DNA of 61,550 nucleotides, counting the filler. It is 5 parts of 5 records of this genome, joined end to end, with 100 filler letters (N's around TTAATTAATTAA, not from the genome) between each part and the next. Parts side by side here need not be neighbours in the genome. Positions count along the whole stretch, not along the records: positions 42,477 to 49,437 come from SRR31156797_71902; positions 49,538 to 61,550 come from SRR31156797_72073; 3 more parts are not named here. The stretch is one strand, 5' to 3'. Shown piece by piece: positions 48,436-58,191 of this stretch (position 1 is its first letter; the number at the start of each line of letters is the position of its first letter). A program made the translations under genes and the position numbers. The notes under the pieces are model-generated. The model worked only from the letters and a program-made list of their open reading frames with translations. It was not told where the DNA came from and made no database searches.

Positions 48436-49308
48436 TCAATAACCAAACCTTTTCAGCGCCTGCTCACTGTCGCGCCAGTCTTTATCCACTTTCACGGTGA
48501 GTTCCAGGAAAACTTTCTGTCCGATGAATTCCTCGATGTCTTTTCGTGCTTCGGTGCCCAGTTGTTTGATGGCTTTGCCACCTTTGCCCAGGATGATCAT
48601 CTTCTGGGTTTCGCGGGCCACATAAATAAATGCTATGATCCTTGTGATGTTTTCTTCTTCCTTGTACTGATCCACCACCACTTCCGCAGAATAGGGAACT
48701 TCTTTGCGATACAAAAGCAGTATTTTTTCGCGGATGATCTCCGAAACAAAAAAGCGGTAATTTTTGTCAGTCAGCACATCTTTGGGGTAAAACGGCGGAT
48801 GCTCGGGCAGGTTTTTGAGAATGACATCCAGCACCTTATCCACATTAAAATTATGCAGGGCAGAAACCGGGATAATCAAAGCTCCAGGTAACTTTTCACG
48901 CCAGTATTCATAGGCTTGTTCAACCGTTTTCTGCTCTGCCGTATCAATTTTGTTAATGAGCAATAAAAGCTTTTGATATTTGGATAAATCCAGTTTGGTA
49001 ATCCTGGGATCAGGTTCTTTTTCTCCCAGCTCAATAATGTAAAGCATGATATCAGCATCCACCACGGCTTCATCCACATTTCCCATCATGGATTCGTGTA
49101 GCTTGTAATGCGGTGAAAGTATTCCGGGCGTATCCGAAAACACGATCTGGTAATCCTCAGAACTTACAATTCCTTTTATCCGGTGCCTCGTTGTCTGGGC
49201 TTTGTTGGTAATTACGGAGAGTTTCTCCCCTACCAGAACGTTCATCAGTGTTGACTTTCCCACATTTGGTTTACCCAAGATACTCACAAATCCTGCTTTG
49301 TGTGCCAT
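48436..49308 (-). CDS. era: GTPase Era
   Basis: GKPNVGKST, QTTR, DTPG, NKID, EVPY, KH domain. Confidence 0.96.
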   Translation of the reverse strand: MAHKAGFVSILGKPNVGKSTLMNVLVGEKLSVITNKAQTTRHRIKGIVSSEDYQIVFSDTPGILSPHYKLHESMMGNVDEAVVDADIMLYIIELGEKEPDPRITKLDLSKYQKLLLLINKIDTAEQKTVEQAYEYWREKLPGALIIPVSALHNFNVDKVLDVILKNLPEHPPFYPKDVLTDKNYRFFVSEIIREKILLLYRKEVPYSAEVVVDQYKEEENITRIIAFIYVARETQKMIILGKGGKAIKQLGTEARKDIEEFIGQKVFLELTVKVDKDWRDSEQALKRFGY

Positions 49309-49350
49309 ATTTTTTTTCGAATTAGGTTGCAAAGTAACTATTTCTTTGTT

Positions 49351-49358
49351 TATCTTTG
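49351..49358 (+). promoter_or_regulatory. Bacteroidota -7 promoter element for the tRNA
   Basis: TATCTTTG matches TAnnTTTG. Confidence 0.5.
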
Positions 49359-49416
49359 CACTCCCAAAAAAAATTGGGCATTCAAAAAGAAGTTCTTTAA
49401 AAGACCAAAAATACAT

Positions 49417-49437
49417 TGCGGGGTGGAGCAGAGGTAG
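49417..49437 (+). tRNA. 5' fragment of a tRNA, probably initiator tRNA-Met (truncated by contig end)
   Basis: TGCGGGGTGGAGCAGAGGTAG resembles the acceptor/D-arm start of tRNA-fMet; anticodon not visible. Confidence 0.6.
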
Positions 49438-49537
49438 NNNNNNNNNNNNNNNNNNNNNNNNNNNNNNNNNNNNNNNNNNNNTTAATTAATTAANNNNNNN
49501 NNNNNNNNNNNNNNNNNNNNNNNNNNNNNNNNNNNNN
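49438..49537. other. Artificial contig linker
   Basis: N-run with TTAATTAATTAA. Confidence 0.99.
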
Positions 49538-49735
49538 GATTATACCGGCGAGACGGAACTGCGGTTCCGGGGCGACGGGTTCGACGTGACCCTCGATCCG
49601 GCCGATCCGGCCGCGACGGCAACCGGCCAATCCAATGGTCCGGTCGATTTGGAACCAATGATGGTTATGGCGGCGATGCTGAAGGCCGTCACCGCCGTGC
49701 CGGCGGCGAACTATGTCAGCGCAGGATTGAAATAA
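49538..49735 (+). CDS. C-terminal 65 aa of an unidentified upstream gene
   Basis: Open frame from the contig edge (DYTGETELRF...NYVSAGLK*) ending 4 bp before the next ATG. Confidence 0.55.
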   Translation, partial: DYTGETELRFRGDGFDVTLDPADPAATATGQSNGPVDLEPMMVMAAMLKAVTAVPAANYVSAGLK

Positions 49736-49739
49736 CAAA

Positions 49740-52379
49740 ATGAAAACGATCGAATTCACGCTCAACGGCGAATCTTGCAGGATCGAAACGGAAGCGGACC
49801 GGTCCCTGCTCGAGGTTCTGCGGGAAACCTATAAGATCAAATCCCTGAAGGATGCCTGCGCGCCACAAGGGCAGTGCGGCTGCTGTCTGGCGCTGATCAA
49901 CGGCAGGCCGCGCAAGACCTGTTCCCTGCCGATGGCCGCGGTCAAGAACAAGGATGTCGTTACCCTGGAAGGCGTGGCGGAGGCCGAACGCCAGCTTTAT
50001 GCCGATGCCTTCCAGGTCGCCGCCGGCCTTCAATGCGGGTTCTGCACGCCGGGGCTGGTGCTGCGCATCAAGCACCTGACGGATCGGGACGAGCGTATGT
50101 CCCGCGATGCCATCGCCGCCGCCCTTGACGGTCATCTCTGCCGTTGCACCGGGTACATTAAAATCGTCGACGCGGTCGAATTGATCCATGACGCCAAACA
50201 CGGCGGGTCGCTGCCGCAGGCGCTGACCGACGGCGGTGTCGGGGCGCCGATCAAACGCTACCAGGGCGCCGAATTGACCCTGGGAACCCGGCCCTTCGTT
50301 GCCGATATCGAGGCTCCCGGTCTGCTCTATGGCGTCGTCGTCCTGTCGGCGCATGCACGCGCGCGTGTGCTGCGCATCGACACGGAACAAGCCAAAACCG
50401 TGCCCGGCGTTGCCGCCGTCGCGACCGCCAAGGACGTGCCGGGCGACCGCTGGGTTGGCCTGATCAACAAGGATTGGCCGGTCTTCGTCGCCGAGGGCGA
50501 AGAGGTACGATACGTCGGCGACGTACTGGCCGCGGTGGCCGCTGAGTCGCCGGCTGCGGCGCGTCAGGCCGCCGGATTGGTGGCGGTGGACTATGAGCCG
50601 CTTTCTCCGGTTCTCGATCCGGCGGACGCCTTGAAACCCGATGCGCCCCAGGTCAATCCGCGTTACGACAACAAGCTGTCGGAAACCTTCATCGAACGCG
50701 GCGACGCCGATGCGGCGCTGGCGGCTTCCGCCCATGTCGTTTCGGGGACCTGGCAGACCCAGCGCATCGAACATCTGTTCCTGGAACCGGAAAGCGCCTT
50801 GGCCGTGCCGCTTGCCGACGGACGCCTGCATCTTTATTGCCAGGGCCAAGGGATCTTCGACGACCGCATGCAGGTCGCATCCGTCCTTGATGAACCGGAA
50901 GAAAACCTTTTCGTCGAACTGGTGCCCAACGGCGGTGCCTTCGGCGGCAAGGAGGACATGAGCATCCAGGCGCAGACGGCTCTGCTGGCCAGGATGACCA
51001 ACCGCCCAGTGCGCCTGACGCTGAACCGCGAACAGTCCATCCGCATGCACCCGAAACGCCATCCGATCACCATGACCTATACGGTCGGATGCGACGCCGA
51101 AGGGATACTGACCGCCGCCAGGATGGATTTGCTGGGCGATTCGGGTGCTTACGCTTCCGTCGGTGGCAAGGTGCTGGAACGGGCCGCCGGCCATGCCTGC
51201 GGGCCGTACAGGGTGCCGGCTTTGAACATCCACGCCATCGCAGCCTATACCAACAACCCGCCGTGCGGCGCCATGCGTGGTTTCGGCGTCAACCAGACCA
51301 GCTTCGCCATGGAAGGCTGCCTCGACCAACTGGCGGCCAAGGTCGGCCTTGACGGCTGGGAGATGCGCTGGCGCAATGCCGTGCGCATCGGCGATCTGTT
51401 CAGTTCCGGGCAGATCCTGGAAAAATCGGTCGGGCTGGAAAAAACCCTTTTGGCGGTCAAGGACGCTTATTACGCCGCCCGCGAAAACGGCCACGCCGTC
51501 GGCATCGCGTGCGCGGTCAAGAATTCGGGCATCGGCAACGGGGCGCTGGAATACGGCAAATGCCGGCTCGAGGTCGAAGCCGACGGCACCGTCTCGCTTT
51601 ACATCGGATTCACCGAAATGGGGCAGGGCCTGCTGACCATCGCGGCCCAGTGCGCCGCCGAAGTGACCGGCCTGCCGTCATCGGTCTTCCGGCCCAAGGT
51701 CAACAGCCGCCACGAAGTCGGCGTCGGCCAGACGACCGGTTCGCGCGGCACCCTGCTGGCCGGTCGCGCGGTCGAAGCGGCGGCCAGGAACATGCGGGCC
51801 GATTTGGACAAGGGCCTGGGTCTGGCCGATATGATCGGCAACGTCTATGCCGGCGATATCACGATCGACGACACCACCGCGCCGGGCCAGTTGAAAAACG
51901 GCAAGATCAAGACCCACACCGCGTTCGGCTGGGCGACCCAGGTGGCGGTGTTGGACGCCGACGGCCGGGTGGATCGGATGATCGCCGCCCACGATGTCGG
52001 CCGCGCCATCAATCCGCAGCAGTGCGAGGCCCAGATCGAAGGCGCCGTGCACATGGGCCTGGGTTACGCCCTGACCGAGGAACTGCCGTGTAAGGACGGC
52101 ATGCCGGTTACCTTCAATCTTCGCGAAATCGGGGTTCTGCGGGCCAGCCATATGCCGAAGGTCGAGGTGATCCTGGTCGAGGACCCGGAACCCGAAGGTC
52201 CCTTCGGCGCCAAGGGCGTCGGCGAGATCGGGCTGGTTCCGACCGCCGGCGCCGTTGCCGGCGCCCTGGAGGCTTTCGACGGTATCCGGCGTATGCGATT
52301 GCCGATGAAGGATTCACCGGCGGCGCGTGCAGTCAATGTCGGGCGGATATCCGAAGACGACCGGGAACAGTGGCATTGA
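49740..52379 (+). CDS. Fused [2Fe-2S]/molybdopterin xanthine-dehydrogenase-family enzyme (selenium-dependent Xdh-like)
   Basis: CAPQGQCGCC, QCGFCTPG, LCRCTGY, GGAFGGKED, AMRGFG, GAKGVGE. Confidence 0.85.
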   Translation: MKTIEFTLNGESCRIETEADRSLLEVLRETYKIKSLKDACAPQGQCGCCLALINGRPRKTCSLPMAAVKNKDVVTLEGVAEAERQLYADAFQVAAGLQCGFCTPGLVLRIKHLTDRDERMSRDAIAAALDGHLCRCTGYIKIVDAVELIHDAKHGGSLPQALTDGGVGAPIKRYQGAELTLGTRPFVADIEAPGLLYGVVVLSAHARARVLRIDTEQAKTVPGVAAVATAKDVPGDRWVGLINKDWPVFVAEGEEVRYVGDVLAAVAAESPAAARQAAGLVAVDYEPLSPVLDPADALKPDAPQVNPRYDNKLSETFIERGDADAALAASAHVVSGTWQTQRIEHLFLEPESALAVPLADGRLHLYCQGQGIFDDRMQVASVLDEPEENLFVELVPNGGAFGGKEDMSIQAQTALLARMTNRPVRLTLNREQSIRMHPKRHPITMTYTVGCDAEGILTAARMDLLGDSGAYASVGGKVLERAAGHACGPYRVPALNIHAIAAYTNNPPCGAMRGFGVNQTSFAMEGCLDQLAAKVGLDGWEMRWRNAVRIGDLFSSGQILEKSVGLEKTLLAVKDAYYAARENGHAVGIACAVKNSGIGNGALEYGKCRLEVEADGTVSLYIGFTEMGQGLLTIAAQCAAEVTGLPSSVFRPKVNSRHEVGVGQTTGSRGTLLAGRAVEAAARNMRADLDKGLGLADMIGNVYAGDITIDDTTAPGQLKNGKIKTHTAFGWATQVAVLDADGRVDRMIAAHDVGRAINPQQCEAQIEGAVHMGLGYALTEELPCKDGMPVTFNLREIGVLRASHMPKVEVILVEDPEPEGPFGAKGVGEIGLVPTAGAVAGALEAFDGIRRMRLPMKDSPAARAVNVGRISEDDREQWH

Positions 52380-53560
52380 GCGCTTCGCTGACCATCGGGC
52401 CCGACCGGTCGGGCCGCGTCCTGGCCATCGATGACGGTCTGGTGGTCGATGCGCCCATCGCCGATGCGCCGGTTCTGGAATGCGCCGACGGCGACATCGG
52501 TCCGGGCAATGTTTGCGCCCACACCCACCTTTACAGCGGCCTTGCGCCTTACGGCATGCCGCCGGCCAATCCGTCCCCCGATACCTTCGTTCAGATACTG
52601 GAGCGGATCTGGTGGCGGCTGGATCGGGCATTGGATGCGGAAAGCCTGCGCGCCTCGGCCCGTGACTATGTGGCGAACGCGTTGTTGGCCGGCACGACAT
52701 CCTTGATCGATCATCATGAATCGCCCGGATTGATCGAAGGCTCGATGGAAATCCTGGCGGATGCCTGCGACGGCCTGGGGATACGCGCCCTTCTTTGTTA
52801 TGGCGCGACAGAGCGTAATTCCGGACTTGAAGAAGCCCACCGGGGCTTGGCCGAATGTGGCCGGGTTCCCGCCACTTCGCTGATCAGGGGGTTGGTCGGT
52901 TTGCATGCCGGCTTCACGGTGTCCGACAACACCATCCGCGAGGCCGGCAACCGGGCCCGGGGGTTGGGAACGGTCCTGCATATTCACGTCGCCGAAGCCA
53001 GATCGGATGTTGAGGACGCGCAAGCCCGCGGATACGACGGTCCGCTCGAACGTCTGATCGCGTTGGACGCCCTGATCCCGGGATCGATCCTGGTCCACGG
53101 CGTTCACCTGTCGCCCGAACAGGTCAGGCGGGCCGAAGAATTGGGTTGCTGGTTGGTGCAAAACCCGCGCTCCAACGAAGGCAACAAGGTCGGGTATGCC
53201 TCCTCGCTGGCCGCCGGCAAACGGGTGGCGCTGGGGACCGACGGATGGAACGCCGACATGGCGGAAGAAGAGCAAGCCCTCTTCCGGCTGGCCGAAAAAA
53301 ACGGCGATACGCGCGCCGCCGGGCGATTGGCGACGGGCCACGCCTTGATCGCCGAACGCTTCGGTCTTGAAGCGGTTCCGCTGGCGCCCGGTGCGCCGGG
53401 CGATGCCGTCGTTCGCAAGGATGGCCGGGTGGTTCATGTCGTCATCGACGGACATCTCGTGGTTTGCGACGGTGTGTTGGCGGGCGCTAATCACGAGACC
53501 ATCCGCACGGAAGCGCAGGCCCAGGCCAAGCGTTTGTGGGCGCGCATGGCGGATCTTTGA
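52370..53560 (+). CDS. Amidohydrolase (SsnA-like)
   Basis: CAHTHLYSGLA, WWRLDRALD, IDHHES, GLHAGFT, HIHVAE, NPRSN, LGTDG. Confidence 0.75.
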   Translation: MALSASLTIGPDRSGRVLAIDDGLVVDAPIADAPVLECADGDIGPGNVCAHTHLYSGLAPYGMPPANPSPDTFVQILERIWWRLDRALDAESLRASARDYVANALLAGTTSLIDHHESPGLIEGSMEILADACDGLGIRALLCYGATERNSGLEEAHRGLAECGRVPATSLIRGLVGLHAGFTVSDNTIREAGNRARGLGTVLHIHVAEARSDVEDAQARGYDGPLERLIALDALIPGSILVHGVHLSPEQVRRAEELGCWLVQNPRSNEGNKVGYASSLAAGKRVALGTDGWNADMAEEEQALFRLAEKNGDTRAAGRLATGHALIAERFGLEAVPLAPGAPGDAVVRKDGRVVHVVIDGHLVVCDGVLAGANHETIRTEAQAQAKRLWARMADL

Positions 53561-53572
53561 TCGGTGGGCGGC

Positions 53573-54571
53573 ATGAACGATCGCGATGTTCTGGGTACGG
53601 CCGAGACCTGGTTGACGGAAGGCAAACGCATTGCCTTGGCGACGGTGGTCGAAACCTGGGGCTCGGCGCCGCGCCCCGTCGGTAGCCATATGATCGTTGC
53701 CGATGATGGAACCTTCGAAGGATCAGTCTCGGGCGGTTGCGTTGAGGGGGCCGTGGTTTCGGAAGCCCTGGAAATCCTCCGGAAAACCGGGCCTGCGAAG
53801 GTACTGGAGTTCGGCGTCAGCGACCAGGAAGCCTGGGACGTCGGCCTGACTTGCGGCGGAACCATCCGTATTTTTCTCGTTCGTCCGGAATGGTGGCTCA
53901 TAGATAATCTGCACGATCTGCGCCTTAACCGATGTCCGGTTGCCATGGTCAGTAACATCGATGACGGCAGGCAGGCCCTGATTAGCGCGGAGCATCTGTC
54001 CAGCGGCTTGGCGCTGTCAGAGGAACAGGAGAGAGCGGCTCGTCAATTGCTGGCGGAAGGCCGTAGCGGTTTGGCCGAGGGGGTTTTCGTCCGATCCTAC
54101 GGTCCGCCCTGGACTGTGATTATCGTCGGCGCGGTGCATATCGCCCAGGCCCTGGTGCCCATGGCCAGGCTGGCGGGGTTTGCGGTCCGCATCATCGATC
54201 CGCGCCAGGCGTTTGCCACCGAAAGCCGGTTTCCGGATACGACGATCGTCACCAAATGGCCCGACAAGGCCCTTGCCGAAACCCCGCCGGACGCTCAATG
54301 CGCCGTCGTCACCCTGACCCACGATCCGAAACTGGATGACCCGGCCCTCCTTACGGCCCTGCAATCGCCGGCGTTTTTCATCGGCGCCCTGGGCAGCCGC
54401 CGCAATCATGAAAAAAGACGGGCCCGTCTGATCGAAGCCGGCGCCGCACCCGATCACCTCGGCCGCATCGCCGGGCCGGTCGGGCTTGATCTCGGCGGCC
54501 GATCGACCGGCGAAATCGCCGTTTCCATCGTCGCCGCCATCGTCGCCGCCCGTCATGGAAAATCGCCGTGA
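53573..54571 (+). CDS. XdhC/CoxI family molybdenum-cofactor insertion protein
   Basis: TWGSAPRPVG, GSVSGGCVE, GLTCGG, THDPKLDD, GALGSRR. Confidence 0.88.
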   Translation: MNDRDVLGTAETWLTEGKRIALATVVETWGSAPRPVGSHMIVADDGTFEGSVSGGCVEGAVVSEALEILRKTGPAKVLEFGVSDQEAWDVGLTCGGTIRIFLVRPEWWLIDNLHDLRLNRCPVAMVSNIDDGRQALISAEHLSSGLALSEEQERAARQLLAEGRSGLAEGVFVRSYGPPWTVIIVGAVHIAQALVPMARLAGFAVRIIDPRQAFATESRFPDTTIVTKWPDKALAETPPDAQCAVVTLTHDPKLDDPALLTALQSPAFFIGALGSRRNHEKRRARLIEAGAAPDHLGRIAGPVGLDLGGRSTGEIAVSIVAAIVAARHGKSP

Positions 54572-55179
54572 TCGCGGCGCTCATCCTGGCGGCCGGCGCG
54601 TCGATGCGCATGGGCACCAACAAGCTGTTGATCGAAGGCGAAAACGGCCGTCCTTTGATCGCCGCCGTCGCCGACGCGGCAATCGAAGCCGGACTGGAAC
54701 CTGTTGTCGTCGTTACCGGCCATGATGCGGCTTCCGTTCGCACGGCCCTTGCCGGCCGCGCCGTTGAGTTCGTCCATAATGCGCGTTATCGGGAAGGGTT
54801 GGCGGGTTCGCTGAAAACCGGATTGGCTGACTTGCCCGATACAACCGATGGCGTGCTGATTTGTCTGGGCGACATGCCGGACGTAACGGCCAGGCACATG
54901 GCCCGTATCGTTTCGGCGTTCGATCCCGATAACGGCGCGGCGATTTGTGTGCCGAACCGGAAAGGGAAACGCGGCAACCCGGTGCTGTTCGGGCGCCGCT
55001 ATTTCGCCGAAATGATGACGCTATCGGGCGATGTCGGCGCCCGCGGGTTGATCGCGGCGCATGCCGATCATGTCATCGAAGTGCCGATGGACGACGATGC
55101 GGTGCTGATGGACCTTGATACCGCCGACGCCCTGGAAGCGTATCGGTCACGGTCTCAAGAACCCGAACCGGGCGAATAA
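54568..55179 (+). CDS. Molybdenum cofactor cytidylyltransferase (MocA-like)
   Basis: LAAGASMRMG.NKL, LGDMP, GNPVLF, GDVGAR, DLDT. Confidence 0.85.
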   Translation: MIAALILAAGASMRMGTNKLLIEGENGRPLIAAVADAAIEAGLEPVVVVTGHDAASVRTALAGRAVEFVHNARYREGLAGSLKTGLADLPDTTDGVLICLGDMPDVTARHMARIVSAFDPDNGAAICVPNRKGKRGNPVLFGRRYFAEMMTLSGDVGARGLIAAHADHVIEVPMDDDAVLMDLDTADALEAYRSRSQEPEPGE

Positions 55180-55190
55180 AACGGGGCGCG

Positions 55191-56441
55191 TCAGCCGTTG
55201 TCGTCGTCTTCTTCTTCTTCCATCGGGCCGTGCAGCCACAGGCGCAGCAGGGCGCGTTCTTCCGGCTGCATGTTGGTGGCGTTGCCCAGCGGCATGGTAT
55301 CGGTCTGCACCGTCTGTTTGTCGATGGCGTCGGCCCAGCGCAGGATATCGGCTTGCGTTTCCAGGACGACTTCCTTCGGCGGCGCGTCGAACCCTTCATA
55401 GGTCGGTTTGGCGGCGTGGCAGGCGACGCAGCGGGCCTGGATCACCGCCTGGACCGCTGCGAAGGAGTAGGCTGGATAGTCCTCATCGTCTTCTTCCTCT
55501 TCGGCAACGTCGCTGCCGGTCCCGGTCAGGGCGTCGAGTTTGATGTCGCCCGCCGCGGCAATCACCAATACGAAAGCGGCCCCCGCCACCGGCAGCATCC
55601 AGCCTTTCATGCGTCCGGTATGGCGCAGAACGAAGGCCTGGCGAACCAGCCCCCCCAACGTCGCCAACGCAAGTAACAACAACCAGTTCCAGTCATGGCC
55701 GGTCACCATCGCGAAGTGGTTCGATATCATCAGGAACAGAACGGGCAGGGTGAAATAGGTGTTGTGCACACTGCGCTGCTTGCCGGCCCGGCCCAGCTTC
55801 GGATCGGGCGTTTCGCCTGCAAGCATTTGCTTCACCATGCGCCGCTGGTTCGGGATGATGACCATGAAGACGTTGGCGACCATGATCGTGCCGATCGCCG
55901 ATCCGACGTGAATGAAGGCGGCCCGACCCGACAGCAACTGACACAGGACATAGGCCAGGACCGCCACCAAAATCGCGACGGCGACGGCCAGCAGGCGGTC
56001 GTCGCGGCCCAATGGTGAGCGGCACATCAGGTCGTAGACGATCCACGACCCGGCGATTGCCGAGATGCCGATGCCGACGGCCTGCAACGGTGTCAGATCG
56101 CTGTCCGACGGCAGCATGTAAACCGACGCGCCCAGGTAATAGACGAGGATGAGCAGTGAGATCCCGGAAAGCCATGTCGAATAGGCTTCCCATTTGAACC
56201 AGTGCAGGTGTTCAGGCGTTTCGGCGGGCGCCACTTTATACTTGCGGGCATGGTAGAAACCGCCGCCGTGAACCATCCAGACCTCGCCCTGAAGACGTTT
56301 CTGTTCCGGATCGTCGGGCGTCGGTTCCAGGCTGTTGTCCTGCCAGACGAAATAGAATGACGAACCGATCCAGGCGATGCCGAAGATCAGATGCATCCAC
56401 CGCACCAGCAGGTTCAGCCACTCCAATTCATTTCCGGACAT
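55191..56441 (-). CDS. puuD: Membrane urate hydroxylase PuuD with C-terminal cytochrome c
   Basis: WLNLLVRWMH..GIAWIGSSFYF, VHGGGFY, HLHWFKWEAY, QRSVHNTY, CVACH. Confidence 0.9.
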   Translation of the reverse strand: MSGNELEWLNLLVRWMHLIFGIAWIGSSFYFVWQDNSLEPTPDDPEQKRLQGEVWMVHGGGFYHARKYKVAPAETPEHLHWFKWEAYSTWLSGISLLILVYYLGASVYMLPSDSDLTPLQAVGIGISAIAGSWIVYDLMCRSPLGRDDRLLAVAVAILVAVLAYVLCQLLSGRAAFIHVGSAIGTIMVANVFMVIIPNQRRMVKQMLAGETPDPKLGRAGKQRSVHNTYFTLPVLFLMISNHFAMVTGHDWNWLLLLALATLGGLVRQAFVLRHTGRMKGWMLPVAGAAFVLVIAAAGDIKLDALTGTGSDVAEEEEDDEDYPAYSFAAVQAVIQARCVACHAAKPTYEGFDAPPKEVVLETQADILRWADAIDKQTVQTDTMPLGNATNMQPEERALLRLWLHGPMEEEEDDDNG

Positions 56442-56447
56442 AAGCGG

Positions 56448-57344
56448 TCAGCTCCCCCGATAGGTCGAATAGGCCCACGGCGTGACTAGCAGGGGCACGT
56501 GATAATGGGATTCCGGATTGGCGATGGAAAAGCGGATGGGCACGATATCCAGGAACGGCGGGCCGTCCGTCGGTTGGCCGGTGCGGACGAAATAATCGGC
56601 GGTGTGAAACAGCCATTCGTAGGTTCCGGTTTGCAGATCCGCTCCGGCCAGGGCCGGGACGTCCAGCCGCCCGTCGGCATTGGTGACGAAACGATCCATG
56701 TGGTCCCGCGTCCCATCGTCGGCAATCCGGAACAGATCGATTTCCATGCCGCCGGCCGGACGGCCCAGGGCGGTGTCCAGAACGTGGGTGGTCAGTTTTC
56801 CGGTGGCGGCGGGCACGACGATGTCCAACAGCCGCAGCCAGGCTATCTTGCCGACCTCGGCCAAAGCATGCGCGATTTCGTCGCTGCGGTCGTTGCCGAT
56901 ACGGCCCACGAAGGCGGCCAGGATGCGATTTTTGTTGGCGCCGCGAACGGCCAGGATAAAGGGAAATTCGAACTTTTCCCGATAGGCTTCGTTGAGCGCG
57001 GTAAAGCGCGTCATTTCCTCGGGCGTCAGGCTGTCGAGCCCGGCGGACTTTTGCTCGACCGACGAACTGGCGGTCAATTCGCCGGCCAACGCCGCCTTTC
57101 CGGCCAGGTCCGGGTGCGCTTTTAACAGTTCCAGTTGGGCCTCTTCCGAGGCGCCGGTGATCGCGGCCTGCATGGCCTCGAACAATTGGGTGAGGGTCGG
57201 AAACGGCGTTTCCTTGGCGGCCTCGCCGGCGATCCAGGGCGAATGCTCGTAGACAGCCCCCAGACGGGAAACGAAGGCTTCGCCGTCCAAAGCATTCAGA
57301 TCGTCAAGGCTGATGCGGCCATTACCCGGCCCGGCATTCGGCAT
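56448..57344 (-). CDS. Fused OHCU decarboxylase (UraD) - HIU hydrolase (UraH)
   Basis: N-terminal YEHSPW, AHPDLAG, FPFILAVRG; C-terminal LTTHVLDT..YHVPLL..YSTYRGS. Confidence 0.9.
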   Translation of the reverse strand: MPNAGPGNGRISLDDLNALDGEAFVSRLGAVYEHSPWIAGEAAKETPFPTLTQLFEAMQAAITGASEEAQLELLKAHPDLAGKAALAGELTASSSVEQKSAGLDSLTPEEMTRFTALNEAYREKFEFPFILAVRGANKNRILAAFVGRIGNDRSDEIAHALAEVGKIAWLRLLDIVVPAATGKLTTHVLDTALGRPAGGMEIDLFRIADDGTRDHMDRFVTNADGRLDVPALAGADLQTGTYEWLFHTADYFVRTGQPTDGPPFLDIVPIRFSIANPESHYHVPLLVTPWAYSTYRGS

Positions 57345-57383
57345 TGTCTATTCCCCCTCCTGAGCGGGATTTCCTCAAATGGT

Positions 57384-58187
57384 TCAGGATTCCCGCAGGC
57401 TCAAAAGTTCCGCCGCCACCGCGATGGCGATATCGGCAGGGCCTTTGCCGCCGACGCCTTTCAGGCCGATCGGGCATTGGACGCGATCCACAACCTCGTC
57501 CGGCACGCCTTTCTTGCGCAGGCGGGAACGGAAGTTCCCCCATTTGGTTTTCGATCCGATCAGTCCGATGGACGCCAGATCGTCGCGGGCCAATAGCGCG
57601 TCGATGATTTCGAAATCGCGGGCATGGCTGTGGGTCATCACCCTAACGTGCGTTCCCGCTGGAAGCTTCGCGACCTCGGCCGCCGGGTCCTTGGTGATCC
57701 GCGATGTGGCGCTGCCCGGCGGCGGTCCGGACAGAAGCTCTTCCCGTTCGTCGATCCACAGGATGTTGACACCGGTTCCATCCAAAACCCGGACCAGGGC
57801 ACGTCCGACATGTCCGGCCCCGAACAGCGCCAGGCGCAAGGACGAAACCGCCATCGGTTCGAACAGAACCGAAGTCGCGCCGCCGCAACATTGGTCCTGC
57901 TCGATCCCCAGTGTCTGGTTCTCCAGGAAAGGCTCGGCCGCTCCTTCGGCCAGCATGTGCCGCGCCGTGTCGATGGCCAGGCGTTCCAGGGTGCCGCCGC
58001 CGATTGAACCGGCGATGCCTTCAGCTGCGACCACCATCTTGGTTCCCGCCGCGCGCGGCGTCGATCCCTTGGCCGAGACGAGGGTCACCAGAATGTGCGG
58101 AATGCCCGCACCTTCCAGTTCGACCAGCGCGCCGCGCCAATCGCCCCGGGTCCAGTCCGACGATGCGGCCGATGCGGTTTTGTTCAT
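57384..58187 (-). CDS. xdhC: Xanthine dehydrogenase accessory protein
   Basis: GSTPR..GTKM, GSIGGG.LE, QCCGG, FGAGHVG, MTHSH, LIGSKTK. Confidence 0.9.
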   Translation of the reverse strand: MNKTASAASSDWTRGDWRGALVELEGAGIPHILVTLVSAKGSTPRAAGTKMVVAAEGIAGSIGGGTLERLAIDTARHMLAEGAAEPFLENQTLGIEQDQCCGGATSVLFEPMAVSSLRLALFGAGHVGRALVRVLDGTGVNILWIDEREELLSGPPPGSATSRITKDPAAEVAKLPAGTHVRVMTHSHARDFEIIDALLARDDLASIGLIGSKTKWGNFRSRLRKKGVPDEVVDRVQCPIGLKGVGGKGPADIAIAVAAELLSLRES

Positions 58188-58191
58188 GGCC

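Noticed and set aside
49740-52379. Selenocysteine in the Se-dependent-like Xdh
   Set aside because: No in-frame TGA; this enzyme class uses a labile Se ligand rather than Sec
49716-53689. Long minus-strand ORFs (592 aa at 49716-51494, 541 aa at 52064-53689)
   Set aside because: Antisense shadows of well-supported GC-rich genes; no motifs
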